This document shows positions 19,269 to 28,812 of a DNA stretch of 64,000 nucleotides, piece after piece (the first letter of the stretch is position 1; each line of letters begins with the position of its first letter). Location: the NCBI GenBank assembly GCA_965208105.1, contig OZ242318.1:1248001-1312000 (forward strand), given 5' to 3'. Under the pieces are notes generated by a model. The model ran no database searches. It was not told the origin of the DNA and saw only the letters and a list, made by a program, of their open reading frames with translations. This DNA is from Candidatus Latescibacterota bacterium. Lineage in GTDB: Bacteria > Latescibacterota > UBA2968 > UBA8231. The position numbers and the translations under genes are program-made.

Positions 19269-21239
19269 CTAGGCCCCCGACCGCCTCACCCGCCATTCTC
19301 CGGCCGGTCCGGAAATCCTAAGGTAGTCAGTGGAGAGCACCACGGCCACGGGTCCTGAAGCAGCGGTGACACGCCACGAGAGAGTCTCCGCTTCACCTGC
19401 GGCGAGTTGCCACGACTCCCCGGTTTCGGCCTCCGTCCCCACCGAAAACAGGCTCAGGAACCATACCGTGCGGCCTTCGGCCAGGGCGTCGATGAAAGGT
19501 TCGCGCCGTTGGGGCAGGGGGTTGCCCAGGCGGTCGCGGTCCCTGGGGGGAAGATACTGGTGGCGTCCGCAGCCGAGTTCCAGGTCACGGCTGCAGGAGC
19601 TGGCGACGATGGCCTCCAGACCCGCGCCCTTGTGGGCGAAGCCGAACCGGCCTCGGGCATCGATGCGCGGAGCCACGATGGGGTGCCAGCGCAGGCGGAC
19701 CTTCTCCTTGCGCTGCAGGTCGGCCTCGTCGAGCACCGCCACGATGCCGGGCAGCAGGTGCACCACCGTGCGCTGCACCCTCTCCACCCCCTCGTGCAAC
19801 TCGGTGAGGTCGACCCGCCACCAGCCGCCCAGGCCGGAGTCGAAGACGTGGTCGGACAGGTGGGAGCGGCGCAGGGGCTCCGCCTCCCAGAACGGCGGCC
19901 GCCCTCCGATGGTGATCAGGTTGTGGCCGTCACTGCCGAAGTGATAGTAGGGCCGGCGGTCGTCGCCGGGTGGGTAGCTCACCCGGCCCAGGTCGACGAT
20001 GAGGCGCCGGGCGTGGGCGTGAATCTCCACCTGGCCGGCATCGGGATGGGAGTGGATCATGCCACCGTGCCCCGCCTTGCCGAACACCAGGCAAGGGGTG
20101 CTGCGAGGGTCCCAGCTCGTGCGGCTGCTCACCAGTCCGGAGTGGGCGGGGAAGCCGCGGCCGAGAGGCAGGTTGTCCTTCGTCGGGGCCCGGGGCTTCA
20201 GGGTGGGGTCGAACCACAGGAGCTCCCATACGGGAAAGCGGGGAGGATCTCCGTAGGCCAGGTAGAACCACTGCAGCACAGGGTCGCGGCGGGCGGCGGC
20301 CACAGCCGGAAAGAAGGAGGTCACTGCGGGATATTCCGGGCCTCCGTCCCCGAAGGACACCGCGTGTCCCGGCGGTGCGGTGGCGTAGATGCACCAGTAG
20401 CAGTGGGGACCAAGCGCGGCTATCTGCGGCGCCGGACCAGTCTCGCCGCGGTAGTCACGCAGAGCGGAGAAGTAAAGGACGGGCAGGAAGGAAGAGTTGG
20501 CATAGGAGGGGTTCTCGTTGAACTCGCCCTGCGGCCCGTAGAGCCCCAGATAGCGCTGCATGATGGGCAGGGAAATCTCCACCAGCTCTTCGGACTCAGA
20601 TTGGTCCGGTCCCAGAGCCATGGCGCAGATCCCCAGTCCGCCGACGATGCAGGTGGTCCAGTTGCTCAGGCGCTCGATCCACGGAGGCCGCGCCGCCAGG
20701 GCGCGCAGGTAGGGCTGAATGGCACGGCGGTCGATTCCCTCTACAACGCGCCGGCGTTCCGCGGGGGTGAGGTGGGGATTGAGCCAGTTGTAAGCCAGGC
20801 CCAGGTCGCGCGCCAGTTGCCCGGTGCGCAGGTCGGCGTCGAAGTTCAGGCTGCGGCGGTGGTAGAGGTCCTGCCACTCCGGCCACGCCGAAGGGTCGAA
20901 CAGGCATTCCACCTGGGCGAGGGCCGCATCGGCGTAGCGGCGCTCTTCGCCCAGCGCACAGGCCAGGGCAAGCTGGAGGACGCGCTGCCCGGCGGCGTTT
21001 ACCACGATGTACTCGGGATTGCCCTGGCGCAGGTCCTCGGGAGAACGCCCGGGAAGGGGCGTGAAGACGGTTATGGGCTCCTCCTCCAGGGCGGAGTCGG
21101 CGGCCGCGAGAACCCCATCTAACAAATGCCCGGACGCATCCCCCTCATCGGGAGGAACCTCCGACCGGGCAAGGCGGCGCAGCCCGGCGATTTTGTCCGG
21201 TGTGAGCAGGATCCTGCGACGCTGTCCTTCGGCGCCCAT
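19269..21239 (-). CDS. Heparinase II/III-like protein, no signal peptide
   Basis: DLRTG, NWTTCIVGG, ENPSY, FGDG, HSHPDAG and HNLITI motifs parallel those of 1494-3314. Confidence 0.75.
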   Translation of the reverse strand: MGAEGQRRRILLTPDKIAGLRRLARSEVPPDEGDASGHLLDGVLAAADSALEEEPITVFTPLPGRSPEDLRQGNPEYIVVNAAGQRVLQLALACALGEERRYADAALAQVECLFDPSAWPEWQDLYHRRSLNFDADLRTGQLARDLGLAYNWLNPHLTPAERRRVVEGIDRRAIQPYLRALAARPPWIERLSNWTTCIVGGLGICAMALGPDQSESEELVEISLPIMQRYLGLYGPQGEFNENPSYANSSFLPVLYFSALRDYRGETGPAPQIAALGPHCYWCIYATAPPGHAVSFGDGGPEYPAVTSFFPAVAAARRDPVLQWFYLAYGDPPRFPVWELLWFDPTLKPRAPTKDNLPLGRGFPAHSGLVSSRTSWDPRSTPCLVFGKAGHGGMIHSHPDAGQVEIHAHARRLIVDLGRVSYPPGDDRRPYYHFGSDGHNLITIGGRPPFWEAEPLRRSHLSDHVFDSGLGGWWRVDLTELHEGVERVQRTVVHLLPGIVAVLDEADLQRKEKVRLRWHPIVAPRIDARGRFGFAHKGAGLEAIVASSCSRDLELGCGRHQYLPPRDRDRLGNPLPQRREPFIDALAEGRTVWFLSLFSVGTEAETGESWQLAAGEAETLSWRVTAASGPVAVVLSTDYLRISGPAGEWRVRRSGA

Positions 21240-21308
21240 TATCCGAGCCGCGGAATCATCGCGGCCATATCCCGGGTTCGAGCGGCGGACAGGCCGGAGG
21301 TCGTCTGC

Positions 21309-22400
21309 TCATCCTCCCAGGTCCAGGTTGAACTCTGCCGGATTCATATCCATATCCCCGGCCAGACCGCGCAGACTCATGAGGACGTCCTCCGGCATCA
21401 CCATGCCTTCGGCCAAGGCCTTGTCGCGGCGCTCCCACTCCATCTCGCCCGGAAGGTATATTTTTTCCGCTCCCCTTACCCTGGGGGCGCTCTTTATCTC
21501 TGCGATCATGGCATCCATGCGGGCATGGAACTCCTCCATCGGCATCATCGCGCCGATGTCGATGGCCATCAGAGCGTGGCCCTGATCGCTGGGATCCGCA
21601 AGGTCCTGGGCCCAGCTGTTGACGCCGCTGAGCATCGCCGCGCCCGTGAGGGTCGCCGTCAGGATCTCCACCAGGACCGCGAGGCCATAGCCTTTGTGAC
21701 CGGCCATGGGCAGCTGCGCCCCCTCCTCGGGGAATCTGCTCGGATCGGTCGTGGGCACGCCCTCCTCATCCACCAGCCAGTCCCCCGGGATGGATCTTCC
21801 CTCGTTCTTGGCGGCGAAAATCTTGGTGGCCGCGACCGCGCTGGTGGCGATATCCAGCATCACGGTGCGCTCCCTGCCCGCCGGAACCGCATAGGCGATG
21901 GGATTTGTTCCCAGAACCCTGGCGCGCGCGCCCGGCGCGGTCATGCAGGGTTCCACGTTGCACATCGACAGCCCCAGCATGTTCTGCTCGGCGGCCATGT
22001 TCGCGTAGAATCCCGCCGCACCGAAGTGGCTGCTGCGCCTGATGCCCACGTAGCCCAGTCCGCTTGCTTCCGCCTTGCGGATCGCCCGCTGCATGGACCG
22101 GTGCGAAATGGCCGGGGGCATGCCGTCGCGCGCGTCGACGATCGCCCACGAGGGCCCTTCCGCAACCACCTCCTCGCGCGCTTTCAGATCCAACCGGCCT
22201 CGCCTTGCATTGCGCAAAAGGCCGCGGATCTGCCTGCTGCCGTGAGTGAAGGTGCCCCATGTATCGGTGGTGACGAAGACCCTCGCTGTCAGCCTGGCGT
22301 CTTCTTCGCCGAGGCCCGACCTCCGCATGGCCTCCGTGCAGAAGGCTTCCAGGTCCGGGGGCTGGATCTTCCCGGCCGGTGAATCCTTGACTCCCTCCAT
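21309..22400 (-). CDS. Ldh_2 family oxidoreductase (type 2 malate/L-lactate dehydrogenase; AllD/ComC-like)
   Basis: THG, SSHFGAAG, GTNPIA, DIATS, GHKGYGL, YLPGE. Confidence 0.9.
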   Translation of the reverse strand: MEGVKDSPAGKIQPPDLEAFCTEAMRRSGLGEEDARLTARVFVTTDTWGTFTHGSRQIRGLLRNARRGRLDLKAREEVVAEGPSWAIVDARDGMPPAISHRSMQRAIRKAEASGLGYVGIRRSSHFGAAGFYANMAAEQNMLGLSMCNVEPCMTAPGARARVLGTNPIAYAVPAGRERTVMLDIATSAVAATKIFAAKNEGRSIPGDWLVDEEGVPTTDPSRFPEEGAQLPMAGHKGYGLAVLVEILTATLTGAAMLSGVNSWAQDLADPSDQGHALMAIDIGAMMPMEEFHARMDAMIAEIKSAPRVRGAEKIYLPGEMEWERRDKALAEGMVMPEDVLMSLRGLAGDMDMNPAEFNLDLGG

Positions 22401-22596
22401 GCTTTGCTCCTTTCGATCGCGGATTCCTTTCCCAGGCTTTCGGAACCTGCCTGAAAATAGGTATGTGCCGGGGCCCTTTCAAGCGACCTCAAAAGGACCG
22501 GGACCTTCGCCGGACCGCAACCGGGCGGAGGGGAAACCGCTGCAACCGGGGATTCGGGCAGGCCTCTCGCGGCGTGCGCAACCCCTTGGTTTTTCC

Positions 22597-22625
22597 TTGA
22601 TTCCCCAATGGCGGTGTAGTAAACT
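22597..22625 (+). promoter_or_regulatory. Sigma70-type promoter for the Tm-1-like operon
   Basis: TTGATT-17 bp-TAAACT, about 100 bp upstream of the ATG at 22726. Confidence 0.5.
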
Positions 22626-22725
22626 ACGCACTATTCGAGGACCGCGGCCGGCGAGGGGATGGACCTGTCCTGGCGGCGAGAATTTTATCGGCTCACCGCG
22701 GCCAGTGGAGCTGCCTGGAGGAGAT

Positions 22726-23949
22726 ATGCAGAAAATATGCCTGATCGGGGCCTTTGATACTAAGGGCCGGGAATACGGATTCCTGCGCCAGCGCATACTC
22801 GACCGGGGACACGAGGTGCTCGCAGTCAACACGGGCGTCATGGGCTCGACCGACCTCTTTCCAGTGGACGTGGACGCGGACGAAGTCGCCCGGGCCGGCG
22901 GAGGCAGCCTCGAGGACCTGAGAAAGAGGAAAGACCGCGGCGAGGCAATGAAAACCATGTGTGCGGGAGCCCCGGCCGTCGTCAAGGCACTGCACGACGG
23001 CGGCCAGCTGAGCGGGATCGTGGGCATGGGCGGGACCGGCGGCACGACGGTGGTCTCCGCTGCCATGCGCGCACTGCCCACCGGCTTTCCGAAGGTCTGC
23101 GTGTCCACGGCCGCCTCGGGCGACGTGGCCCCCTACGTTGGCACGAAGGACATCGCCATGATTCCTTCCATCGTCGACGTAGCCGGGATCAACCGCGTAT
23201 CCAGGGTGGTTTTTTCACGGGCGGCCGGAGCGATCTGCGGAATGGTGGAGGCGGAGATCCGAACCGGCGACAAGGACAAGCCGGTGGTCACCGCGTCCAT
23301 GTTCGGAAACACGACCGAATGCGTCGAGGCATGCATGGAAATGCTCACGGCGAGGGGATACGAGGTACTCGTCTTCCACGCCACCGGAACGGGCGGCCGG
23401 ACCATGGAAGGTCTGGTGCAGGATGGTCTGGCGGATGCGGTCCTGGACATCACCACCACTGAATGGGCCGACACCATCTGCGGCGGAGTTTTCGACGCCG
23501 GCACCACGCGCCTGGACGCGCCCGGCGAAAGGGGGGTTCCCCATCTCATCGTACCGGGATGCGTCGACATGGCCAACTTCGGCGGAATGGAGGATGTGCC
23601 CGAAAAGTACAGGAAGGCGCGCAGGACTTTCTACGAGTGGAATCCCTCCGTTACCCTGATGCGCACCAACAGGGAGGAGAACGAAAGAATGGGGAAGATC
23701 TTCGCGGAGAAGGCCAACGCCTCCTCCGGTCCGGTCGCCTTCCTCATCCCCCTCAAGGGCGTGTCCATTCTGGACGGGGACGGAGAGCTGTTCTGCGACC
23801 GCGAAGCGGATCAGGCCATGTTCGACGCCCTCAAGGCCAATTTGAGGGGAGACATCGAAGTGGTGGAATTGGACAACAACATCAACGATCCGCAATTCTC
23901 GGCCAAGGCCGTCGAAATGTTGCTGGATCTCATGGGAGCGGCACACTAA
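22726..23949 (+). CDS. Tm-1-like ATP-binding domain protein (UPF0261)
   Basis: DTKGRE, GGTGGT, LPTGFPK..VST, VDVAGIN, SMFGNTT, FHATGTGG, DITTTEWAD. GGAGGAG RBS. Confidence 0.9.
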   Translation: MQKICLIGAFDTKGREYGFLRQRILDRGHEVLAVNTGVMGSTDLFPVDVDADEVARAGGGSLEDLRKRKDRGEAMKTMCAGAPAVVKALHDGGQLSGIVGMGGTGGTTVVSAAMRALPTGFPKVCVSTAASGDVAPYVGTKDIAMIPSIVDVAGINRVSRVVFSRAAGAICGMVEAEIRTGDKDKPVVTASMFGNTTECVEACMEMLTARGYEVLVFHATGTGGRTMEGLVQDGLADAVLDITTTEWADTICGGVFDAGTTRLDAPGERGVPHLIVPGCVDMANFGGMEDVPEKYRKARRTFYEWNPSVTLMRTNREENERMGKIFAEKANASSGPVAFLIPLKGVSILDGDGELFCDREADQAMFDALKANLRGDIEVVELDNNINDPQFSAKAVEMLLDLMGAAH

Positions 23950-23987
23950 TGTCCCGGGGGCACTAGGTTTCGCCGGCGGAGAAGAGA

Positions 23988-24818
23988 ATGGCATTCACGC
24001 GACAGCAGGTACTGGACCGTTTGAGAAAACGCATCGGAGAGGGCGTGCCGATCATCGGCGGCGGCGCCGGAAACGGCATCAGCGCCAAGTGCCAGGAAGC
24101 GGGCGGGGTCGATCTGCTGATAATCTACAACTCCGGGCGCTTCCGCATGAACGGACGCGGCTCGCTGGCCGGCTGCATGCCCTACGGCGACGCCAACGCC
24201 ATCGTGATGGCCATGGCCGGCGAGGTCCTGACCATCGTCGAAGACACTCCTGTCCTGGCCGGAGTGTGCGGGACGGACCCCACCCGCCTGATGGAGGTCT
24301 TTCTCGACGAGGTGCGCCGCGCCGGATTCTCCGGGGTACAGAACTTCCCGACAGTCGGACTTTGCGACGGCATGTTCCGCGCCAACCTCGAGGAAACGGG
24401 CATGGGCTACGAGGTCGAGGTGGAGATGATTCGTCAAGCCCACGAACTGGATCTTTTCACCTCGCCTTACGCCTTCACTCCAGAAGAAGGCGAGACCATG
24501 GCCCGCGCCGGCGCGGACGTGGTCGTTGCCCACATGGGACTGACCACGAAGGGCAGCATCGGCGCGGCGACGTCCCTGTCCCTGGAGCAGTGCCCCGAGA
24601 AGGTTCAGGAGATTTGCGACAGGGCAAAATCCGTGAACCCGGACCTCATCGTGCTGTGCCACGGAGGGCCAATTTCAATGCCGGAAGACGCCGGCTACGT
24701 CCTCCGCAACACCCGGGGGGTCGACGGATTCTACGGCGCTTCGAGCGTCGAGAGGCTGCCGTCGGAAACCGCCATCAGGGCGCAGATGGAGCAGTTCAAA
24801 GGCATTCGCTTCGAGTGA
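23988..24818 (+). CDS. Phosphoenolpyruvate hydrolase-like TIM-barrel protein
   Basis: GGGAGNGISAK, YNSGRFRMNGRGSLAG, GVQNFPTVG, HMGLTT, CHGGPI, GFYGASS. Confidence 0.9.
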   Translation: MAFTRQQVLDRLRKRIGEGVPIIGGGAGNGISAKCQEAGGVDLLIIYNSGRFRMNGRGSLAGCMPYGDANAIVMAMAGEVLTIVEDTPVLAGVCGTDPTRLMEVFLDEVRRAGFSGVQNFPTVGLCDGMFRANLEETGMGYEVEVEMIRQAHELDLFTSPYAFTPEEGETMARAGADVVVAHMGLTTKGSIGAATSLSLEQCPEKVQEICDRAKSVNPDLIVLCHGGPISMPEDAGYVLRNTRGVDGFYGASSVERLPSETAIRAQMEQFKGIRFE

Positions 24819-24847
24819 CTACACGCAGAAAAGGAGGCAACAGAGAA

Positions 24848-25630
24848 ATGCTCTTGGAAGGGAAGAAGGCCCTGGTCACAGGCTCCAGGAGGGGAATCGG
24901 CCGCGGCATCGCCACTCTCTTCGCGGATCACGGGGCGGACATCGGGATCAACGACGTGGAAAGGGACGAGGCCGCCGAAGACACCCTCGGGATGATCGGA
25001 GACAGGGGCCGCAGGGCGACATGGCACCAGGCGGATATCAGCAAGAGGGACGAGGTGGAGCGGATGTTCGACGAGTTCAACCAGGCCCATGGGGGCATCG
25101 ATATCCTGGTCAACAACGCCGTGGCCACGCGGGACAAACCGTTCCTAGAAATCGAAGAGGAGGATTGGGACTTCGAAACAGGCGTGGCCCTCAAGGCCTA
25201 CTTCTTGTGCAGCCAGCGTGCGGCGCGGGACATGGCAGCTCGGGAAAGGGGCGGGCGCATCGTATGCATCAGCAGTGTGCACGCCTTCCGGGCGTGGCCG
25301 GGAGATACGATCTACGGCATCTGCAAGGCCGGCCTGGTGCGCATGGTGAAAAGCATGGCCCTTGACCTCAAAGGCCGCAACATAAACGCCAACTGCATTG
25401 CCCCGGGGTATATCGACAGCCGCCTGCTGCCGCCCGGGCAGGAACCTCTGCGCGGCGGCCCGGGATACGCAGACAACGCCAAACCGTGGATTCCCTGCGA
25501 CCGCGGCGGGACCCCCGAAGACATCGCCAAAGCCGCCCTCTTCCTGTGCTCGGACCTGGGTGACTACGTCAACGGTGAGTGCATTACGGTGGACGGCGGG
25601 TTCCTCGTCGGCGGGACCCCCGAGGACTGA
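24848..25630 (+). CDS. Short-chain dehydrogenase/reductase (SDR)
   Basis: TGSRRGIG, DILVNNA, catalytic YGICK, NCIAPG, VDGG. Confidence 0.9.
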   Translation: MLLEGKKALVTGSRRGIGRGIATLFADHGADIGINDVERDEAAEDTLGMIGDRGRRATWHQADISKRDEVERMFDEFNQAHGGIDILVNNAVATRDKPFLEIEEEDWDFETGVALKAYFLCSQRAARDMAARERGGRIVCISSVHAFRAWPGDTIYGICKAGLVRMVKSMALDLKGRNINANCIAPGYIDSRLLPPGQEPLRGGPGYADNAKPWIPCDRGGTPEDIAKAALFLCSDLGDYVNGECITVDGGFLVGGTPED

Positions 25631-25780
25631 GGACATCAAGGCGGCAAGATGATCTCGGGGAAGGCGCTGCCACCTCGATAACTTCCCCGCCCCCATCTTC
25701 AGCCAGGGGACCGAACGCCCGGCGGCGGGCCCGCAGGAAGCCGGGCTCCCGGTCGGGATGCCAGGCTTCCTGTTCCCGGC

Positions 25781-26095
25781 TCAGTCCTTCAGCTCCACCA
25801 CGATATTTCTCCAGGGTTCCGCCCCCGCGTTGATCGCCTCGTGTACCGCCTCCCCTGAAACCCGGTTGAACCGCACCTCCCCGTCCATCATTTCCCTGGC
25901 CTCTCCGCGCTTGCCTTCCGCATCCGCCGCCTGCAATCTGCCGTCGCCGATGACCACGTACAGGTAGTCGCACTCGTGCCGGTGCAGGCCCGTGCTCTCA
26001 CCGGGCTGCAGGCACAGGTCCCAGACCCGCACCCGCTCATTCTCATACAGCAGACGCGTTCCCACTTCCGGCGCAACGGACTTGCTCGTTGGCAT
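25781..26095 (-). CDS. Small cupin domain protein
   Basis: ENERVRVW, PGESTGLHRH, HEAIN..NIVVELK. AGGAGG RBS. Confidence 0.8.
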   Translation of the reverse strand: MPTSKSVAPEVGTRLLYENERVRVWDLCLQPGESTGLHRHECDYLYVVIGDGRLQAADAEGKRGEAREMMDGEVRFNRVSGEAVHEAINAGAEPWRNIVVELKD

Positions 26096-26288
26096 GACAA
26101 TCCTCCTATGGGTTCGATATGCCTGCAGGCCCGACCGTCCACCCCCCGCCGGCGGGCCCCGGCGGTTGATTCAGGTCAGGATGCCGGCATCTCGGTGATC
26201 GGGTGCGGACGGGCGCTCACCGCCTGCCTGGCGCCTGCCGGTGCGCCGGTGAACCCAATCCCCATTGCCCGATTATCCGGCTGACAGG

Positions 26289-27173
26289 TCAACTCAAGGG
26301 TATCCGCTGGTTGGCGCCTTGGGCCTTGTGCAGGCGGATGGAACCGCCCCCGGTACACAGGGTAACGAGTGGACCCCCGCCGTTGACCGAGGCTTTGAGG
26401 CCGCTCTTTTCCAGGCCGCCCCGGAAAGCGAGGGGATAATCGGTGGTCAGGCTCCCGCCCGAGGTCCGGGCATCCAGGCACAGTCCGATATCGACAGCCA
26501 GGAACACCTCCAACTCACCCCCCGAAGTCTCCAGGAAGCAGGGCACCCCGGGTTCCTGCGACAGCCCCAGGTGGATGCTGCCTCCCCCGGCGCAGACCTC
26601 CGCCGCGCCCCTTATCGAGGCAAGGTGGACGTCGCCGCCCGAGCTCCTTGCCACGAGGTCGCCGTCCAGGTCCTCGATTCGAATGTCGCCCCCTTCAGTC
26701 CGCGCATCCACCGGCCCCTCGACATGAGCACAGCTGAAGCCACCTCCCGCGGTGCTTGCCCGCACGCCCCCCTGGAGCTGGTCCAGCTCTATGCTGCCCC
26801 CATCCGTGGTCAGCTCCAGGTCCTGGCGCAGGGGAATGGTGAGGATCAGCCTGGGTGGGCGCCCCGGGATTGCCGCTGCGATGATCCGGGACATGAGCGA
26901 GGAATCCCCATCTATTTTGTGGACTCGAACGGTGGTCCTGCCATCCTCCCGCCGGTATTGCAGTTCGAGCTTGCGGGTCCCCTCCAGGACCAGTTTAACC
27001 TCGGGGCGCTCCCAGGTGTGCACCTCGACGGCCGCCAGTTCCACCTCCGCTGCCAGCAGGTCGCCGGGCTCGGCTGCAAAAGACCGGTGTGCGGTGTCCT
27101 CGGCGGCGAGGCCGGGGCTTCCGGGAACCAGGGGCGATACGGCGGCGGTGAGCAGTGACCACAACCTCTTCAC
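26289..27173 (-). CDS. DUF4097 family beta-strand repeat protein, probably exported
   Basis: Repeated T.GG.I units (TDGGSI, TAGGGF, TEGGDI, SSGGDV, TSGG) and an N-terminal signal-like segment. GTG start after GAGGAGG. Confidence 0.75.
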   Translation of the reverse strand: MKRLWSLLTAAVSPLVPGSPGLAAEDTAHRSFAAEPGDLLAAEVELAAVEVHTWERPEVKLVLEGTRKLELQYRREDGRTTVRVHKIDGDSSLMSRIIAAAIPGRPPRLILTIPLRQDLELTTDGGSIELDQLQGGVRASTAGGGFSCAHVEGPVDARTEGGDIRIEDLDGDLVARSSGGDVHLASIRGAAEVCAGGGSIHLGLSQEPGVPCFLETSGGELEVFLAVDIGLCLDARTSGGSLTTDYPLAFRGGLEKSGLKASVNGGGPLVTLCTGGGSIRLHKAQGANQRIPLS

Positions 27174-27213
27174 CGGATCCTCCTCGTCACCTGTACCGGA
27201 CCGGGAGGAGTGG

Positions 27214-28713
27214 TCATTTTCCCCGCTTCCAGTTGCGTGCAAACTGGGTCAGGAGGCGGACCCCCACACCGGCTCCACCTCTGGGGATGTAGGGCCTGGT
27301 TGCGTCGCTGTATGCCGTTCCGGCGATGTCGATGTGGACCCAGGGATAGTCCCGGGCGAACTCGGCGAGTAGAGCCGCGGCGGTAATGGCGCCTCCAGGG
27401 CGGCCGCCACTGTTCTTGAGATCGGCGACCCGGCTCTTTATCTGCTCGCGGTAGTCGTCCCAGAGGGGCAGGGACCATACCCGCTCTCCGCTCTCCTCAC
27501 CCGCCCTCTTGACCAATGCCGCCAGCTCCTCGTCGTTGCCCATCATGCCGCTGGCGTGGTGTCCCAGGGCGATGACGCAGGCGCCGGTGAGGGTGGCCAG
27601 GTCGATCGCCGCGGCGGGCTTGTAGCGCCTTGCATAGGCGAGGGCGTCGGCCAGGATCAGGCGGCCCTCGGCGTCGGTGTTGAGGATCTCGATGGTCTTC
27701 CCGGACAAGGTCCTGAGGATGTCTCCCGGTTTGCAGGACTTGCCGTCGAGAAGATTCTCGGTAGCGGCCACGAGGCCGACGATATAGTGCGGAACCCTGA
27801 GGGCAGCCACCGCCTGCATGGCGCCCAGGACCGCAGCGGCGCCGGCCATGTCGAACTTCATCTCGTCCATGCCGCTTCCGGGCTTTATGGAGATGCCGCC
27901 GCTGTCGAAGGTCACGCCCTTGCCGACAAAGACCAGGGGACGTACTCCCGCCTTCCTGTTGTACTCGAGAATGATGAAGCGGGCGGGCTGGGCGCTGCCC
28001 TGGGAAACCCCCAGCAGTCCTCCCATCCCGAGGCGCTTCATGGCTGACTCGTCCAATACCCGGCAGCGCATGCCGCCGTCCCTGGCTATTTTGCGGGCCG
28101 TGCGCGCAAGGTAGGCAGGTGTGGCGACGTTGCCCGGATGGTTCGCCAGGTCGCGGGCAAGGCAGGTGGCCGTGGCGATGCGGGCACCGTGCCGGGCGCC
28201 ACGACGGGCCGCCGCCAACTTGTCGCCGTCGAATTCTACTATGGTGAGGGCTTTCAGCTCCTTTGCCTCCCTTCGTCCACTGCGATAGTGGTCGAACCGG
28301 TAGCAGGCCAGGATGCTGGCCTCGGCCACGGCCTGGGCGGCTGCCTCGGTTTCCAGGCCGCCGGCGCCGGTGCCGTGAAGAATGGTGGCAGCGTGCTCGA
28401 GACCGAGGTCCTGCAGCCTGCGGGCAGCGGTGCCGGCCGCCTGACGGGCAGCCTCGAGACTGAAGTCCTCCCGGGGACCCAGCCCGACCACCAGGACACG
28501 CGGGGCGGGAATCCGTCCCTGGCCGTAAAGCAGGAGGACCTCGTTCTTTTTGCCGCTGAAATCCCCGCCGTCCACCGCGCCCGCAACGAGGTTACCGAGG
28601 GCGGCGTCCACCGCGCCCGTGGCCCCGCCGGGGCGAGCTCCCTCGAAAAGGTTGACTACAATGGCCTCATCGGCCTTCTTTTGTACCTCTCCCCGCTCTA
28701 CCCGAACTTTCAT
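27214..28713 (-). CDS. pepA: Leucyl aminopeptidase (M17)
   Basis: GKGVTFDSGG, MKFDM, NTDAEGRL, ATLTGA, HIDIAG. Confidence 0.95.
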   Translation of the reverse strand: MKVRVERGEVQKKADEAIVVNLFEGARPGGATGAVDAALGNLVAGAVDGGDFSGKKNEVLLLYGQGRIPAPRVLVVGLGPREDFSLEAARQAAGTAARRLQDLGLEHAATILHGTGAGGLETEAAAQAVAEASILACYRFDHYRSGRREAKELKALTIVEFDGDKLAAARRGARHGARIATATCLARDLANHPGNVATPAYLARTARKIARDGGMRCRVLDESAMKRLGMGGLLGVSQGSAQPARFIILEYNRKAGVRPLVFVGKGVTFDSGGISIKPGSGMDEMKFDMAGAAAVLGAMQAVAALRVPHYIVGLVAATENLLDGKSCKPGDILRTLSGKTIEILNTDAEGRLILADALAYARRYKPAAAIDLATLTGACVIALGHHASGMMGNDEELAALVKRAGEESGERVWSLPLWDDYREQIKSRVADLKNSGGRPGGAITAAALLAEFARDYPWVHIDIAGTAYSDATRPYIPRGGAGVGVRLLTQFARNWKRGK

Positions 28714-28749
28714 GAAATACCCTCCCGATAGTGGTCCGAAGGCGGGCTG

Positions 28750-28778
28750 AGTATAGAAAACAGCACGGGGACTGTCAA
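28750..28778 (-). promoter_or_regulatory. Near-consensus sigma70 promoter for pepA
   Basis: The minus strand reads TTGACA-17 bp-TATACT. Confidence 0.7.
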
Positions 28779-28812
28779 CGATAAGACTAACAATTGGACT
28801 AACGATAAGACT
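28777..28812 (+). repeat. Three tandem 12-bp direct repeats abutting the start codon at 28813
   Basis: AACGATAAGACT / AACAATTGGACT / AACGATAAGACT. Confidence 0.8.

Noticed and set aside
22246-22725. N-terminal extensions of track ORFs (22246, 24089, 46481, 47784, 59949, 61234 and others)
   Set aside because: Family homology and RBS position place the true starts downstream; the extensions overlap other genes or promoters and are not fusions.
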